Positions 17,847-26,466 of a stretch of DNA of 64,000 bases are shown piece by piece (within the stretch, counting starts at the first letter, position 1; the number at the start of each line of letters is the position of its first letter). The notes beneath the pieces were generated by a model that was not told where the DNA came from, searched no databases, and was given only the letters and a program-made list of their open reading frames with translations. Origin of the DNA: Candidatus Omnitrophota bacterium (lineage in GTDB: Bacteria > Omnitrophota > Omnitrophia > Omnitrophales > Aquincolibacteriaceae); contig JAHFHG010000001.1 of assembly GCA_023247035.1 (NCBI GenBank), positions 2,021 through 66,020 of the forward strand, in the 5' to 3' direction. Made by a program: the position numbers and the translations under genes.

Positions 17847-18715
17847 AAAGCGGCCTTAAGGTCAAAACGAAGATAAGAATCGGAAAAATTTGTTACCTTA
17901 ACTGCCTGCCTTTTTATCACAATTTCAATCCTTCGGAATCCTATGACCTCGATTTTTATGAGGCCGTGCCCGCCGAGATCAATGGGGCGATGAGCCAAGG
18001 GAAAATCGATATCGCCCCTATTTCCTCCTTGGAATACCTGAATCATCAGAAAGACTATTTGATCCTGGAGCCCTTGGTGATCAGCGCCCGTGATTTTTCC
18101 GGCAGCGTGCTTTTATTCTCGCATAAAAAAGTTGAGGAGCTGGATCGGGCCGTGATCGCCCTCTCGCGCGAAAGCCTGAGCTCGGCCGCCCTTCTTAAGA
18201 TCCTTTTGAAATTCAAGTACAAATTCGAAAATGAGTTTGCGGCGGTGGATTCCAATCCCCAGGAAATGCTCGAGCGCTACGATGCGGCCCTGGTCATCGG
18301 CGACAACGCGCTTTTTTATCGTCCCAAAGAATTTGTCTATAAAAATGACTTAAGTGAGATCTGGTGGAACTGGACGGAGAAGCCCTTTTGCTTTGCCCTG
18401 TGGGCCGCACGCCGGGAATTTGCGGAAAATTTTCCCGAGGAAACAGCCGCCTTCTTGAGGAACCTTAAAAAGAATCTAAACAAAAATTTGGAAGATCTCG
18501 AAGGGTTGATTAAAGACGGCCTGAAGATGTCTTTTTTAGACGAGCGGTTTTCGAAAGTTTTCGGATATCTTTTTAATCTGAATTACGGTTTGGATGAAAC
18601 GATGCAGGAAGGCCTTGAGCTTTTTTATCGCCTCGCCGGCCGGCTTAAAGTTTCCCCGAGATTCCGGGAATTCGAATTTTTCAAATCGCCCGGAAATAGC
18701 GGAACCCTATCATGA
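17843..18715 (+). CDS. MqnA/MqnD-family menaquinone biosynthesis protein (futalosine pathway)
   Basis: The N-terminus IRIGKICYLNCLPFYH is characteristic of the MqnA/MqnD periplasmic-binding-like fold. 4-nt overlap with ubiX. Confidence 0.7.
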   Translation: MKSGLKVKTKIRIGKICYLNCLPFYHNFNPSESYDLDFYEAVPAEINGAMSQGKIDIAPISSLEYLNHQKDYLILEPLVISARDFSGSVLLFSHKKVEELDRAVIALSRESLSSAALLKILLKFKYKFENEFAAVDSNPQEMLERYDAALVIGDNALFYRPKEFVYKNDLSEIWWNWTEKPFCFALWAARREFAENFPEETAAFLRNLKKNLNKNLEDLEGLIKDGLKMSFLDERFSKVFGYLFNLNYGLDETMQEGLELFYRLAGRLKVSPRFREFEFFKSPGNSGTLS

Positions 18716-19794
18716 CGGCGGATATTTGCGGCCGAATTTTGCAGAAGCGTTTAGACGGGGGGCGTTTGAGCCTGGAAGAGGGGATTTTACTTTATTCCTG
18801 CGACCTTTTGCGTCTGGGCCAAGCCGCTCGTGCCCTGGTCCACAGGCTTCATCCCGGCGGCCAGGCCACATTTATCATCGACCGGAACGTCAGTTATACG
18901 AATGCCTGCGTGGTGGATTGCGATTTTTGCGCCTTTTACCGCTCGCCCGGGCATGAAGAGGCCTACACGCTTTCTTACGAGACGATTTTTGAAAAAATCC
19001 AGGAATTAGTCGATCTGGGCGGGACGCAAGTATTGATTCAAGGCGGCGTCAATCCCCAGCTTCCCCTGGAATATTATCTGGACCTTATCGCCGCGATCCG
19101 TCGGCGTTTTCCCCAGGTTCACATTCATTCTTTTTCCGTCGTTGAGTTTGATATGATCTCGAAAAAATTCCGCCTGAGCCTGCAAGAGGTTTTCCGGCGC
19201 TTTAAAGAAGCGGGGCTGAATTCGCTGCCCGGGGGCGGGGCGGAAATTTTAGTGGAACGGGTGCGCAGGCTGATCAGCCCGAAAAAGGCTTCTTCCGACC
19301 GCTGGATTGAAGTGATGAGAGCCGCCCACAGCGCGGGGCTCAAATCCACCGCTACAATGGTGTTCGGCCACGTGGAGACGATCGAAGAACGCATCCTGCA
19401 CCTGATCAAGATCCGCGAGCTGCAGGACGAAACCGGAGGATTCCGCGCGTTTATTCCCTGGACGCTTTCGCCGCACGGCACGCCGAGGATGAGCCGGTTC
19501 AAGCCGGCGGGCGGCGCGGATTATTTAAAGACCGTGGCGATCTCGCGCCTGATGCTGGATAATATCGAGCACCTTCAAAGCGGCTGGCTGACCGAAGGCC
19601 TTAAGCTCGGCCAGGTTGCGCTCGGCTTCGGCTGCGACGATATGGGCGGCACGCTGCTTGAAGACAAGGTCCTTGAGCCCACCGGCATTGCGGTCCACAC
19701 CCGGCGCGAAGATTTGGTCCGCCTGATCCGTGAAGCGGGCTTCGTGCCCGCCCAGCGCGACACCAACTATAGAATCCTTCATGTCTTCAACTGA
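18712..19794 (+). CDS. Radical SAM enzyme of the MqnC/MqnE family (cyclic dehypoxanthinyl futalosine or aminofutalosine synthase)
   Basis: CxxxCxFC motif (CVVDCDFCAFY). The length and C-terminal region are typical of MqnC/MqnE. Confidence 0.8.
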   Translation: MTADICGRILQKRLDGGRLSLEEGILLYSCDLLRLGQAARALVHRLHPGGQATFIIDRNVSYTNACVVDCDFCAFYRSPGHEEAYTLSYETIFEKIQELVDLGGTQVLIQGGVNPQLPLEYYLDLIAAIRRRFPQVHIHSFSVVEFDMISKKFRLSLQEVFRRFKEAGLNSLPGGGAEILVERVRRLISPKKASSDRWIEVMRAAHSAGLKSTATMVFGHVETIEERILHLIKIRELQDETGGFRAFIPWTLSPHGTPRMSRFKPAGGADYLKTVAISRLMLDNIEHLQSGWLTEGLKLGQVALGFGCDDMGGTLLEDKVLEPTGIAVHTRREDLVRLIREAGFVPAQRDTNYRILHVFN

Positions 19795-20482
19795 AGCCGC
19801 CTTGCAGGCTCCGCCGCTCCGGGTTTTTTTTGACGCGATCGCCTTCCGCTACGATTTTTTAAACAACCTTTTAAGCTTTCGCCTCGATGAATTGTGGAGA
19901 AAAAAGTCGGCCGCGATCGTCCTCCGGAATTCGGCGGCAAGTTCGATCTTGGACCTGGGGATCGGCACGGGGAAATTCATCCGCGTTTTTATGGAAGCCA
20001 AAAAATGGAAAAGGCTGGCGGGGATCGATTTTTCTTTCCCGATGCTTCACGCCGCAAAGAAAATCCTTCCTTCGGGCGTTGGATTCCTCCGCGCGGATTT
20101 TCAATCCCTGCCTTTCAGGAAGGGGAGTTTTGACCTTGTGATCTCCGCTTTTGCCTTAAGGAGCGTGCGGCAAATGCCGCTGTTCCTGCAAGGCGTCTGG
20201 GAGGTTTTGAGTGAAAAAGGCAAAGCGGCCTTTCTGTGCCTCACGCGTCCGGAAAATATTTTCTGGAGGATTTTTTATTTTCCCTACTTGAAATTTTACC
20301 TCCCCGTTGTCGGAGGCCTCGTTTCCGGTAATTTTCAGGCCTACCGGTTTCTTTCCGATTCTATTTTAAGCTTCCAGGAGCCGGAGAAGACGGCCTCAAT
20401 GATGCGCGAAACCGGATTCCAAAGCGTTAAGATCCACCGTTTTTCTTTTGGGATTGCGACTTTGATCGTGGGTGAAAAATAA
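19781..20482 (+). CDS. Class I SAM-dependent methyltransferase, UbiE/MenG-like (demethylmenaquinone methyltransferase)
   Basis: FDAIAFRYDFLNNLLS...ILDLGIGTGKF motif I. Start taken at in-frame ATG 19781, overlapping the stop of the radical SAM gene. Confidence 0.7.
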   Translation: MSSTEAALQAPPLRVFFDAIAFRYDFLNNLLSFRLDELWRKKSAAIVLRNSAASSILDLGIGTGKFIRVFMEAKKWKRLAGIDFSFPMLHAAKKILPSGVGFLRADFQSLPFRKGSFDLVISAFALRSVRQMPLFLQGVWEVLSEKGKAAFLCLTRPENIFWRIFYFPYLKFYLPVVGGLVSGNFQAYRFLSDSILSFQEPEKTASMMRETGFQSVKIHRFSFGIATLIVGEK

Positions 20483-20497
20483 AGAAAGCTGAATGAA

Positions 20498-21004
20498 ATG
20501 CCGGTGGATTATCAAAGAAGAATCCAGGAATTGAAACTTCATTTGCCGAAGGCCCCCCAGCCTTCGGGTTCTTACCGGCCCGTTGTCATTTCCGGAGAAT
20601 ACGCTTTTTTGAGCGGGCAAATATCGAAAACGTCCGACGGCCGGATCTTATCCGGGAAATTAGGGCAAGACCTGACCCTTGAAGCCGGCCAGGCGGCGGC
20701 AAAGTGCGCGGCGCTTAACGTGCTGGGAGTGATTCATGACCTGATCGGATTCGCGCGCTTTGAGCGGATGATACGGGTTGTCGGGTATGTTCAGTCCTCG
20801 GCCGGTTTTTATGAAATTTCACAAGTGATGAACGGGGCCTCGGATTTCTTCCTTGAGGTTTTGGGAGAAAGCGGCCTCCACGCCCGTTCGGCTGTGGGAA
20901 TGGCGAGCCTTCCGCTCAATGCCGCCGTGGAAATCGAAGCTACGATTCAAATCATTAAATCGGGCCATTCAGAAAAACCCCGGAGGTTGCGGCGGACACC
21001 ATGA
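20498..21004 (+). CDS. RidA/YjgF-family reactive intermediate deaminase
   Basis: PSGSYRPVVISGEYAFLSGQIS ... AVEIEATIQI fits the chorismate-mutase-like fold. Confidence 0.65.
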   Translation: MPVDYQRRIQELKLHLPKAPQPSGSYRPVVISGEYAFLSGQISKTSDGRILSGKLGQDLTLEAGQAAAKCAALNVLGVIHDLIGFARFERMIRVVGYVQSSAGFYEISQVMNGASDFFLEVLGESGLHARSAVGMASLPLNAAVEIEATIQIIKSGHSEKPRRLRRTP

Positions 21005-21020
21005 AGCGGATGCAATCGAA

Positions 21021-21908
21021 ATGAAGCCACTTTTTAAATTCTTTCTTCTTTTTATCGGTATTGTGCTCCTGAGCGCTTTTCTTGCCCCGGTACTTTTCGA
21101 TTTTCTGCCCTTCAAATTCGAAAAGATATTCAACCGCCTCGTCATGATTTTTTCGGTTGCAGCCGCAATTTTTTTTGTACGGATCCGCCGCCAGACCCTG
21201 GTGAATTACGGGCTTTTAGGGAAGTCCGGAAGCCTTTCCCTGCTGCTGGTTTCCTTGGCCAGCGGGGCGGCCATTTTATTTCTGTGGGACGGGCTTAAAA
21301 TTGCCTTTGGCACGGCGGTTTGGGCCCCGGCCGGACTGGGCCCCGGCATGTGGGCAGTGGAAATTATAAAAGCGCTCAGCGCGGCTCTGATCATTGGTTT
21401 TATCGAAGAATTTTTTTTTCGCGGCGTTATTTTTTATTCTCTGAATCAAAAGATGGCCTTAAACCGATTTGCCAGTATCATGGTGACGAGTCTTTTTTAT
21501 TCCCTGGCCCATTTTGTGGATTACAAATCGCCTTTCATCGGCCCGGACCCTACTTTTTTTGACAGCCTGCGGCTGATCGCCGCCCCGTTGGAGTCGCTGC
21601 GTCACTTTAAAGAAATAGCGCCGGAAATTTTGGGATTATTTATTTTCGGCATGATCCTCAATGGAGTCCTTCTGACCACGGGGTCGCTTTACGGGCCCAT
21701 CGGGCTGCACGCGGGCTGTGTTTTTTTTCTTAAGCTCGACGGCCTTTTCATCAATTTCTTGAGCCCCAAAAACATTTTTTGGGGGAGCTCGAAAGGTTAT
21801 GACGGTATTCTGAGCTGGATTCTCTTCGGCTCTTTTTATTTCCTGTTTCAATGGATCTCGAAGAAACCGCATTCGACTCGCAAAGGAGCCGTGCCGCGCA
21901 GTGTCTAG
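21021..21908 (+). CDS. CPBP-family intramembrane metalloprotease (CAAX protease / Abi)
   Basis: EEFFFRGVIFYSL (motif 1) and FYSLAHF (motif 2) in a polytopic membrane protein. Start taken at ATG 21021. Confidence 0.75.
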   Translation: MKPLFKFFLLFIGIVLLSAFLAPVLFDFLPFKFEKIFNRLVMIFSVAAAIFFVRIRRQTLVNYGLLGKSGSLSLLLVSLASGAAILFLWDGLKIAFGTAVWAPAGLGPGMWAVEIIKALSAALIIGFIEEFFFRGVIFYSLNQKMALNRFASIMVTSLFYSLAHFVDYKSPFIGPDPTFFDSLRLIAAPLESLRHFKEIAPEILGLFIFGMILNGVLLTTGSLYGPIGLHAGCVFFLKLDGLFINFLSPKNIFWGSSKGYDGILSWILFGSFYFLFQWISKKPHSTRKGAVPRSV

Positions 21909-22527
21909 AAAATTTTCAAACCTAACCCTTGCGTTTTGCCTGCGCGGAATTTTGATCTTTAGCGGGGCAGTTTTAATTTTTCCGCCGGCTCTCCCGGCTG
22001 AGCAGTTTGAGATATGGGCCGAACATTCGGACGCCCTTTACCGTTTTCAGGAACACCTGCTTGAAGCCGAGGCCTCTGTGCTGCTGAAAGGCCGGGAGCC
22101 CCTGATCGGAACGTGGAAGGAAGACCGCTTTTATTTTCCGGAACTTACCCCGCTGGCCCAGGTGAAGCTTATTGAAGAACAGTCCCCGGAAGGAAAAGGA
22201 AAAGCCGTACGATTCAATCCTGTTGAAAAAGCCGTGCGGCGCCTCGTTTTTCACGACGTTCCGCCCGGATCGCGGCTTGATTTCTTTTACAAGGTGAGTG
22301 CGGGATCTAAAAAAGAACCGTCCCCTTATCTCTTGCTTAAGATTTTGGCGGGCCGTCATTTGATTAAAAGCATGAGAATTTTTCAACAGGATGAAAACTG
22401 GAAAAAAGAGGAAATCGATTTGGGCGTGGCGGCTTTTTTAAAGCGCCGCACGCTCGTCACGTTCGAGGTTTCTTCCGATCTTACCGAAAACCTCCTTTTC
22501 ACCTTCGCCGGCGAGATCAGGCAGTAA
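21901..22527 (+). CDS. Hypothetical secreted protein
   Basis: N-terminal signal-like segment (LAFCLRGILIFSGAVLIFPPALPA). No domain recognised. Confidence 0.4.
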   Translation: MSRKFSNLTLAFCLRGILIFSGAVLIFPPALPAEQFEIWAEHSDALYRFQEHLLEAEASVLLKGREPLIGTWKEDRFYFPELTPLAQVKLIEEQSPEGKGKAVRFNPVEKAVRRLVFHDVPPGSRLDFFYKVSAGSKKEPSPYLLLKILAGRHLIKSMRIFQQDENWKKEEIDLGVAAFLKRRTLVTFEVSSDLTENLLFTFAGEIRQ

Positions 22528-22623
22528 GGGCTTTCTTTCTAACAAGGCCTTCCCAATATCCTTACAAGCTGCACTTCCTCCTTGAACTCGGGTATTCCTT
22601 CGGCGGAAAAATTTATATCAATT

Positions 22624-22657
22624 TATAACAATTCATATCATCAAGAAAATTGTTATA
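22624..22657. promoter_or_regulatory. Perfect 10-bp inverted repeat TATAACAATT-N14-AATTGTTATA (operator-like) just upstream of the promoter of the Cys-rich repeat protein gene
   Basis: Seen directly in an AT-rich region. A TTGACT-17-TACACT promoter follows at 22663-22691. Confidence 0.35.
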
Positions 22658-22759
22658 TTTTTTTGACTCTTTAGGGATTGAAAGCTACACTTTAGTTTGG
22701 GGTTTAAAAAGAGTCCTTAGCAAAGAGAAGAGGGAAGGAGAAAGAGCCCGCTATTTTCA

Positions 22760-24181
22760 ATGCAGAATCCAAGCGAAGGCCAAAAGCAGCGGAACGCGAG
22801 CTATTTCATCGTCTTTTTGATAGCGGCCGGAATTCTTTTTTTATCCTTTTATGTTTTTGCTGAAGATCAGGCCTCTGAAAAAAAATCCTCTGAAAAATCC
22901 TCGAATGTAAAAGACGAAAAGCAGCTGCTCCCTGTTCCTCCGAGTCAAAGCAAGGGCCTTGTCGATCCTTATGGCCCAAGCTCCGAAGAGAACGCCGATT
23001 TTTTTTCATCGAATTCTGCTTTAGCGGGCCGGGCCATTTGCGGCAACGGAATCCGTGAACCCGCGGGAGGCGAAGAGTGCGACGACGGCAATCAGATTGA
23101 TGGCGATGGGTGCTCTGCAAGGTGTCTTTCTGAATTTTGCGGAGACGGTGTCGTCCAGCCTCCTGAAGAATGTGACGATGAAAATTCGGATATTAACGAC
23201 GGCTGTGCGGGCTGCAGAAGGTTCGACGGGCCACTGTGCGGAGATGGAATCGTCCAAACTCAATTCGGGGAGGAGTGTGACGACGGAAACAGGGTAAGCG
23301 GAGACGGGTGTTCCGAGAACTGCCGAAAAGAAACTTCAGCCGGCCAAAGATGCGGGGACGGCATTGTCCAGCCGCCGAGGGAAGAGTGCGACGACGGGAA
23401 TCTTGTCAGTAATGACGGCTGCAGTTTTCAATGCAAGCTTGAACGATGCGGGGACGGCGTTGTCCAGCCGCCGAGGGAAGAGTGCGACGACGGGAATCTC
23501 GTCAGTAACGACGGCTGTACTTTTCAATGCAAACTCGAACGGTGCGGGGACCTGATTGTCCAGACTCGCGAACAATGCGACGACGGAAATCAAGAAAATG
23601 GAGATGGGTGCTCTGCTCAATGTACTTTCGAGTGCGGAAACGGCACGAGGGATCCCGGTGAGGAGTGCGATGATGGGAATAGAAATTCCGGAGACGGGTG
23701 CTCCTCCGCTTGCGTTCGAGAATATTGCGGCGACGGAATCGTTCAGCAGGGCTTAGGGGAACAGTGCGACGATGGCAATACCCGGAACGGAGACGGCTGT
23801 TCCAGAGACTGCAGAACTGAAGAAGCCGTTTGCGGAAACGGAAGGGTGGAAGAGGGCGAGCAATGCGACGACGGCAACACCAACGACGGGGACGGGTGTT
23901 CTTCCGCCTGCACGAATGAGCCGGTCTGCGGAAATAGAATCGTCGAGCCTCCCGAGCAGTGTGACGACGGCAATCTCAATGACGGGGACGGATGCAGCAG
24001 GACCTGCCGGTGGGAAAGCTGCCGGAGCTACCGGGACTGCAACATGAAATGCGGAACTTACAGCATAGGCGGTGCCGTTCAGGAAGTGGCAAACGCCTGC
24101 GATAGCTGGATCGCGCAGCCGGACGGCTCCTGTGTGTGCGCGCCGTCGGCCTGCGTGTGGCGGGAATGTTTTACCGCGTAA
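22760..24181 (+). CDS. Secreted/anchored cysteine-rich repeat protein (Myxococcus-type CGDGxVQxxEECDDGN...DGCSxxC repeat, 10 copies)
   Basis: N-terminal hydrophobic anchor, then a Ser/Lys-rich linker, then ten 32-36-aa Cys-rich repeats. Two adjacent 96-bp units (23349-23444 and 23445-23540) are about 94% identical at the DNA level. Confidence 0.8.
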   Translation: MQNPSEGQKQRNASYFIVFLIAAGILFLSFYVFAEDQASEKKSSEKSSNVKDEKQLLPVPPSQSKGLVDPYGPSSEENADFFSSNSALAGRAICGNGIREPAGGEECDDGNQIDGDGCSARCLSEFCGDGVVQPPEECDDENSDINDGCAGCRRFDGPLCGDGIVQTQFGEECDDGNRVSGDGCSENCRKETSAGQRCGDGIVQPPREECDDGNLVSNDGCSFQCKLERCGDGVVQPPREECDDGNLVSNDGCTFQCKLERCGDLIVQTREQCDDGNQENGDGCSAQCTFECGNGTRDPGEECDDGNRNSGDGCSSACVREYCGDGIVQQGLGEQCDDGNTRNGDGCSRDCRTEEAVCGNGRVEEGEQCDDGNTNDGDGCSSACTNEPVCGNRIVEPPEQCDDGNLNDGDGCSRTCRWESCRSYRDCNMKCGTYSIGGAVQEVANACDSWIAQPDGSCVCAPSACVWRECFTA

Positions 24182-24263
24182 CCCTTTTCTATTGCGCCGC
24201 GGACAAGCCTCTTTCGCCGCCTGATTTCAAAGAAATGATTTTGAACTCTCCGGCGGCTCAAAA

Positions 24264-25667
24264 ATGAAAAACTCTTCAAGAAGCAATCCCTTATTTTTAT
24301 TCTTTTTCCTGGGCTTTATCGCGCTTCTTTTTCTCAGCTTGGGGGCGGATTTCCCCGGCCATTTCAAGGCCAGAATTTTATACGGGACTTTTTTATTGAT
24401 TTTTTTCCTGTTCCTTCGGTGGAAAATCGAATGTCGGAATTTTATTTTTATCCCTCTGGCGGCATTCCTCATTTTTCAAATCGTGCGCTTCCTCGGGGCG
24501 ATTTACAGCCTTTACTTCATCCCTACGGAGAACGCAGCGGCCGTTTTATTCGCAATTCAGGCCCGTTCTCCTCTCCGCTGGATTTTTTATTTCGCTTTTT
24601 TCCTCCTGGCCTACTCTTTCTTCAAACAGCGAGAGTCCGTTTCGGCCCTGGTGAAAGGCATGAGTTGGTTTGGATTTTTTTTGGCGTTAAACGCCATCCC
24701 TCCGCTTCTCCACAACGGAAGTTTTGGATACTTGATCGAGGGAAATGAGCTTCGGTTTTTCCATCCCGTTTTTTATTTTCATCCCTGGGCGTCTCACTAT
24801 GTCCTCGCGGTCCTCACGCATTCGAATTTTCTGGGCGATATTATGGCCTTCGGCTTCTTCCCCGCGCTGGGGCTCGCCTTTTATTCCTTCCGCTCCCTTG
24901 AAAGCAAAGACAGAGAGGATGCGGAATCTGCAGACAGGAAGGATAGAAAACGCGCCATTTTCAGTTCTTTGCTGCTTTATATGATCTTAGGTTTCGTGAT
25001 CGGCGCGGCCGTCTTCCTTCTTTTTTCACGCGGCACGATCGCTTTTTTCTTCATCTCATCTTTTTTCTTCCTTGCCGCGTGCCTTTTGAAATTTCCTTCC
25101 CGGCCGCAGCTTATTTTTACGCTTTCAGTTCTGATGATCGGAGGGGCATTTTTTTTCTGGGGAGGAAATTTGGAGAAGGCGTGGAAGGAAGTCCAAACTT
25201 TACAAAAGGAAGCGGACCCGAAAACGCGCCGGAGCTTTGCGACGAACGTTGAGGGCTGGAACCGGGCCTTGCGCATTTATAAAGCCTATCCGGTATTCGG
25301 AGCGGGCACGGGAGGTTACGGCGCCGTCGCTAAACGGTTCGCTGCGCCGGGGCTTGAAAAGAGTGACCCGCTTGCAGATTTTCAAACGATGTGCCATTAC
25401 ATTCAGGTCCTGGCCGAAGAAGGCGCCGGCGCTTTTTTTTATTATTCATTTATCCTCGTCTATCTGTGGCAGATGACGAAAGGTCTGTTTACCACGCGAA
25501 GCCGGTTTAAATTTTTAACGGGCCTTTCTCTTTTCGCTCCCGTGCTCCTTATTTTGGGCCACGCATCCATTAATGACCTGATGGAGCGTTTCTCCACGTC
25601 GATGCTGGTTTACATCACGATGGGCGCGGGCCTTGCCGTGCTCCGGAAGGATTTCGGGCATCCATAA
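24264..25667 (+). CDS. O-antigen ligase-like (Wzy_C) polytopic membrane protein
   Basis: About 11 TM segments plus the PVFGAGTGGYGAV motif of O-antigen ligase/polymerase family periplasmic loops. Confidence 0.7.
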   Translation: MKNSSRSNPLFLFFFLGFIALLFLSLGADFPGHFKARILYGTFLLIFFLFLRWKIECRNFIFIPLAAFLIFQIVRFLGAIYSLYFIPTENAAAVLFAIQARSPLRWIFYFAFFLLAYSFFKQRESVSALVKGMSWFGFFLALNAIPPLLHNGSFGYLIEGNELRFFHPVFYFHPWASHYVLAVLTHSNFLGDIMAFGFFPALGLAFYSFRSLESKDREDAESADRKDRKRAIFSSLLLYMILGFVIGAAVFLLFSRGTIAFFFISSFFFLAACLLKFPSRPQLIFTLSVLMIGGAFFFWGGNLEKAWKEVQTLQKEADPKTRRSFATNVEGWNRALRIYKAYPVFGAGTGGYGAVAKRFAAPGLEKSDPLADFQTMCHYIQVLAEEGAGAFFYYSFILVYLWQMTKGLFTTRSRFKFLTGLSLFAPVLLILGHASINDLMERFSTSMLVYITMGAGLAVLRKDFGHP

Positions 25668-25668
25668 A

Positions 25669-26451
25669 ATGCGCGACATGATTCCGGCGGCCTGGCTCTT
25701 AAGGTTGATGAGGCGATCCCGAATCCCGGCAAAAGGCTTTTTTATTCTTGAGGGAATATTTTTATATCTTCTTTCCCCGGCGCTTATTTTGTCCGCAAAA
25801 AGTGATTATGCTATCGTTGAGGACGTGATTCCGGCCCCGAATGTTTCCTCCGGCGGGACGAATGAACTTCAGTGTGCTTTGCTGGCCTTTGATGCTCAAG
25901 ACCCGGGTGAAAAATTTCCTCTTCTGCTGGCGCTGCATCCGGCGGGGAATACGGCGAAGGGATATTTGAGGCTTTGGGAAGAAGAAGCGGTCCGGCGGCG
26001 TGTGATGGTGGCCGCGCCTGTCTTGAGCCGTCCTTACGGAAATCATCCCGCGGATTTAGCGGAATTTCATCAGCTTGTCGTTCATATCGCAGAAAAATAT
26101 CCCGTGGATAGAGAGAAAATTTTTTTGATCGGCGCTTCGGCTGGCGCGCTTACGGCCGAGCGGCTTATGATCCGCTATCCTTCGGTGTGGCGGGGAGTTG
26201 TTCTTATTGCCGCACCTCCCAATCATGACCTGATCCTAGAATCGGATACGCCCATCCCGCCGCCTTTGCTTTGGATTCATGGCCAAAAGGACACGCAGTT
26301 TCGTTACGCGGAAGTCGTGCATTTATTTGAAAAATTAAAACAGAGGCCGGGGACTGAGGAACTTTGGTCCGATCCGCAGGCAGGCCATGAAGATAAAAAG
26401 GAATGGCATTCTGTGATTTGGGAATGGCTTAGGGGAAAAGGATTGTCCTGA
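25669..26451 (+). CDS. Alpha/beta hydrolase (carboxylesterase/phospholipase-like)
   Basis: GxSxG nucleophile elbow (IGASAGA) and a later HGxxD block (WIHGQKD). Start at ATG 25669, 1 nt after the ligase stop. Confidence 0.6.
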   Translation: MRDMIPAAWLLRLMRRSRIPAKGFFILEGIFLYLLSPALILSAKSDYAIVEDVIPAPNVSSGGTNELQCALLAFDAQDPGEKFPLLLALHPAGNTAKGYLRLWEEEAVRRRVMVAAPVLSRPYGNHPADLAEFHQLVVHIAEKYPVDREKIFLIGASAGALTAERLMIRYPSVWRGVVLIAAPPNHDLILESDTPIPPPLLWIHGQKDTQFRYAEVVHLFEKLKQRPGTEELWSDPQAGHEDKKEWHSVIWEWLRGKGLS

Positions 26452-26466
26452 AGACGGCAGGGATTT

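Noticed and set aside
20853-21020. Extension of the CPBP protease ORF that overlaps the RidA gene by 150 nt
   Set aside because: The hydrophobic N-terminus expected for a CPBP membrane protein begins at MKPLFKFFLLFIGIVLL (ATG 21021). The overlap is avoided by this start.
23330-23760. Possible CRISPR-like array, suggested by regularly spaced repeats
   Set aside because: The repeats are 96 bp, in frame, and encode the Cys-rich protein repeats. There are no short direct repeats with unique spacers and no cas genes.
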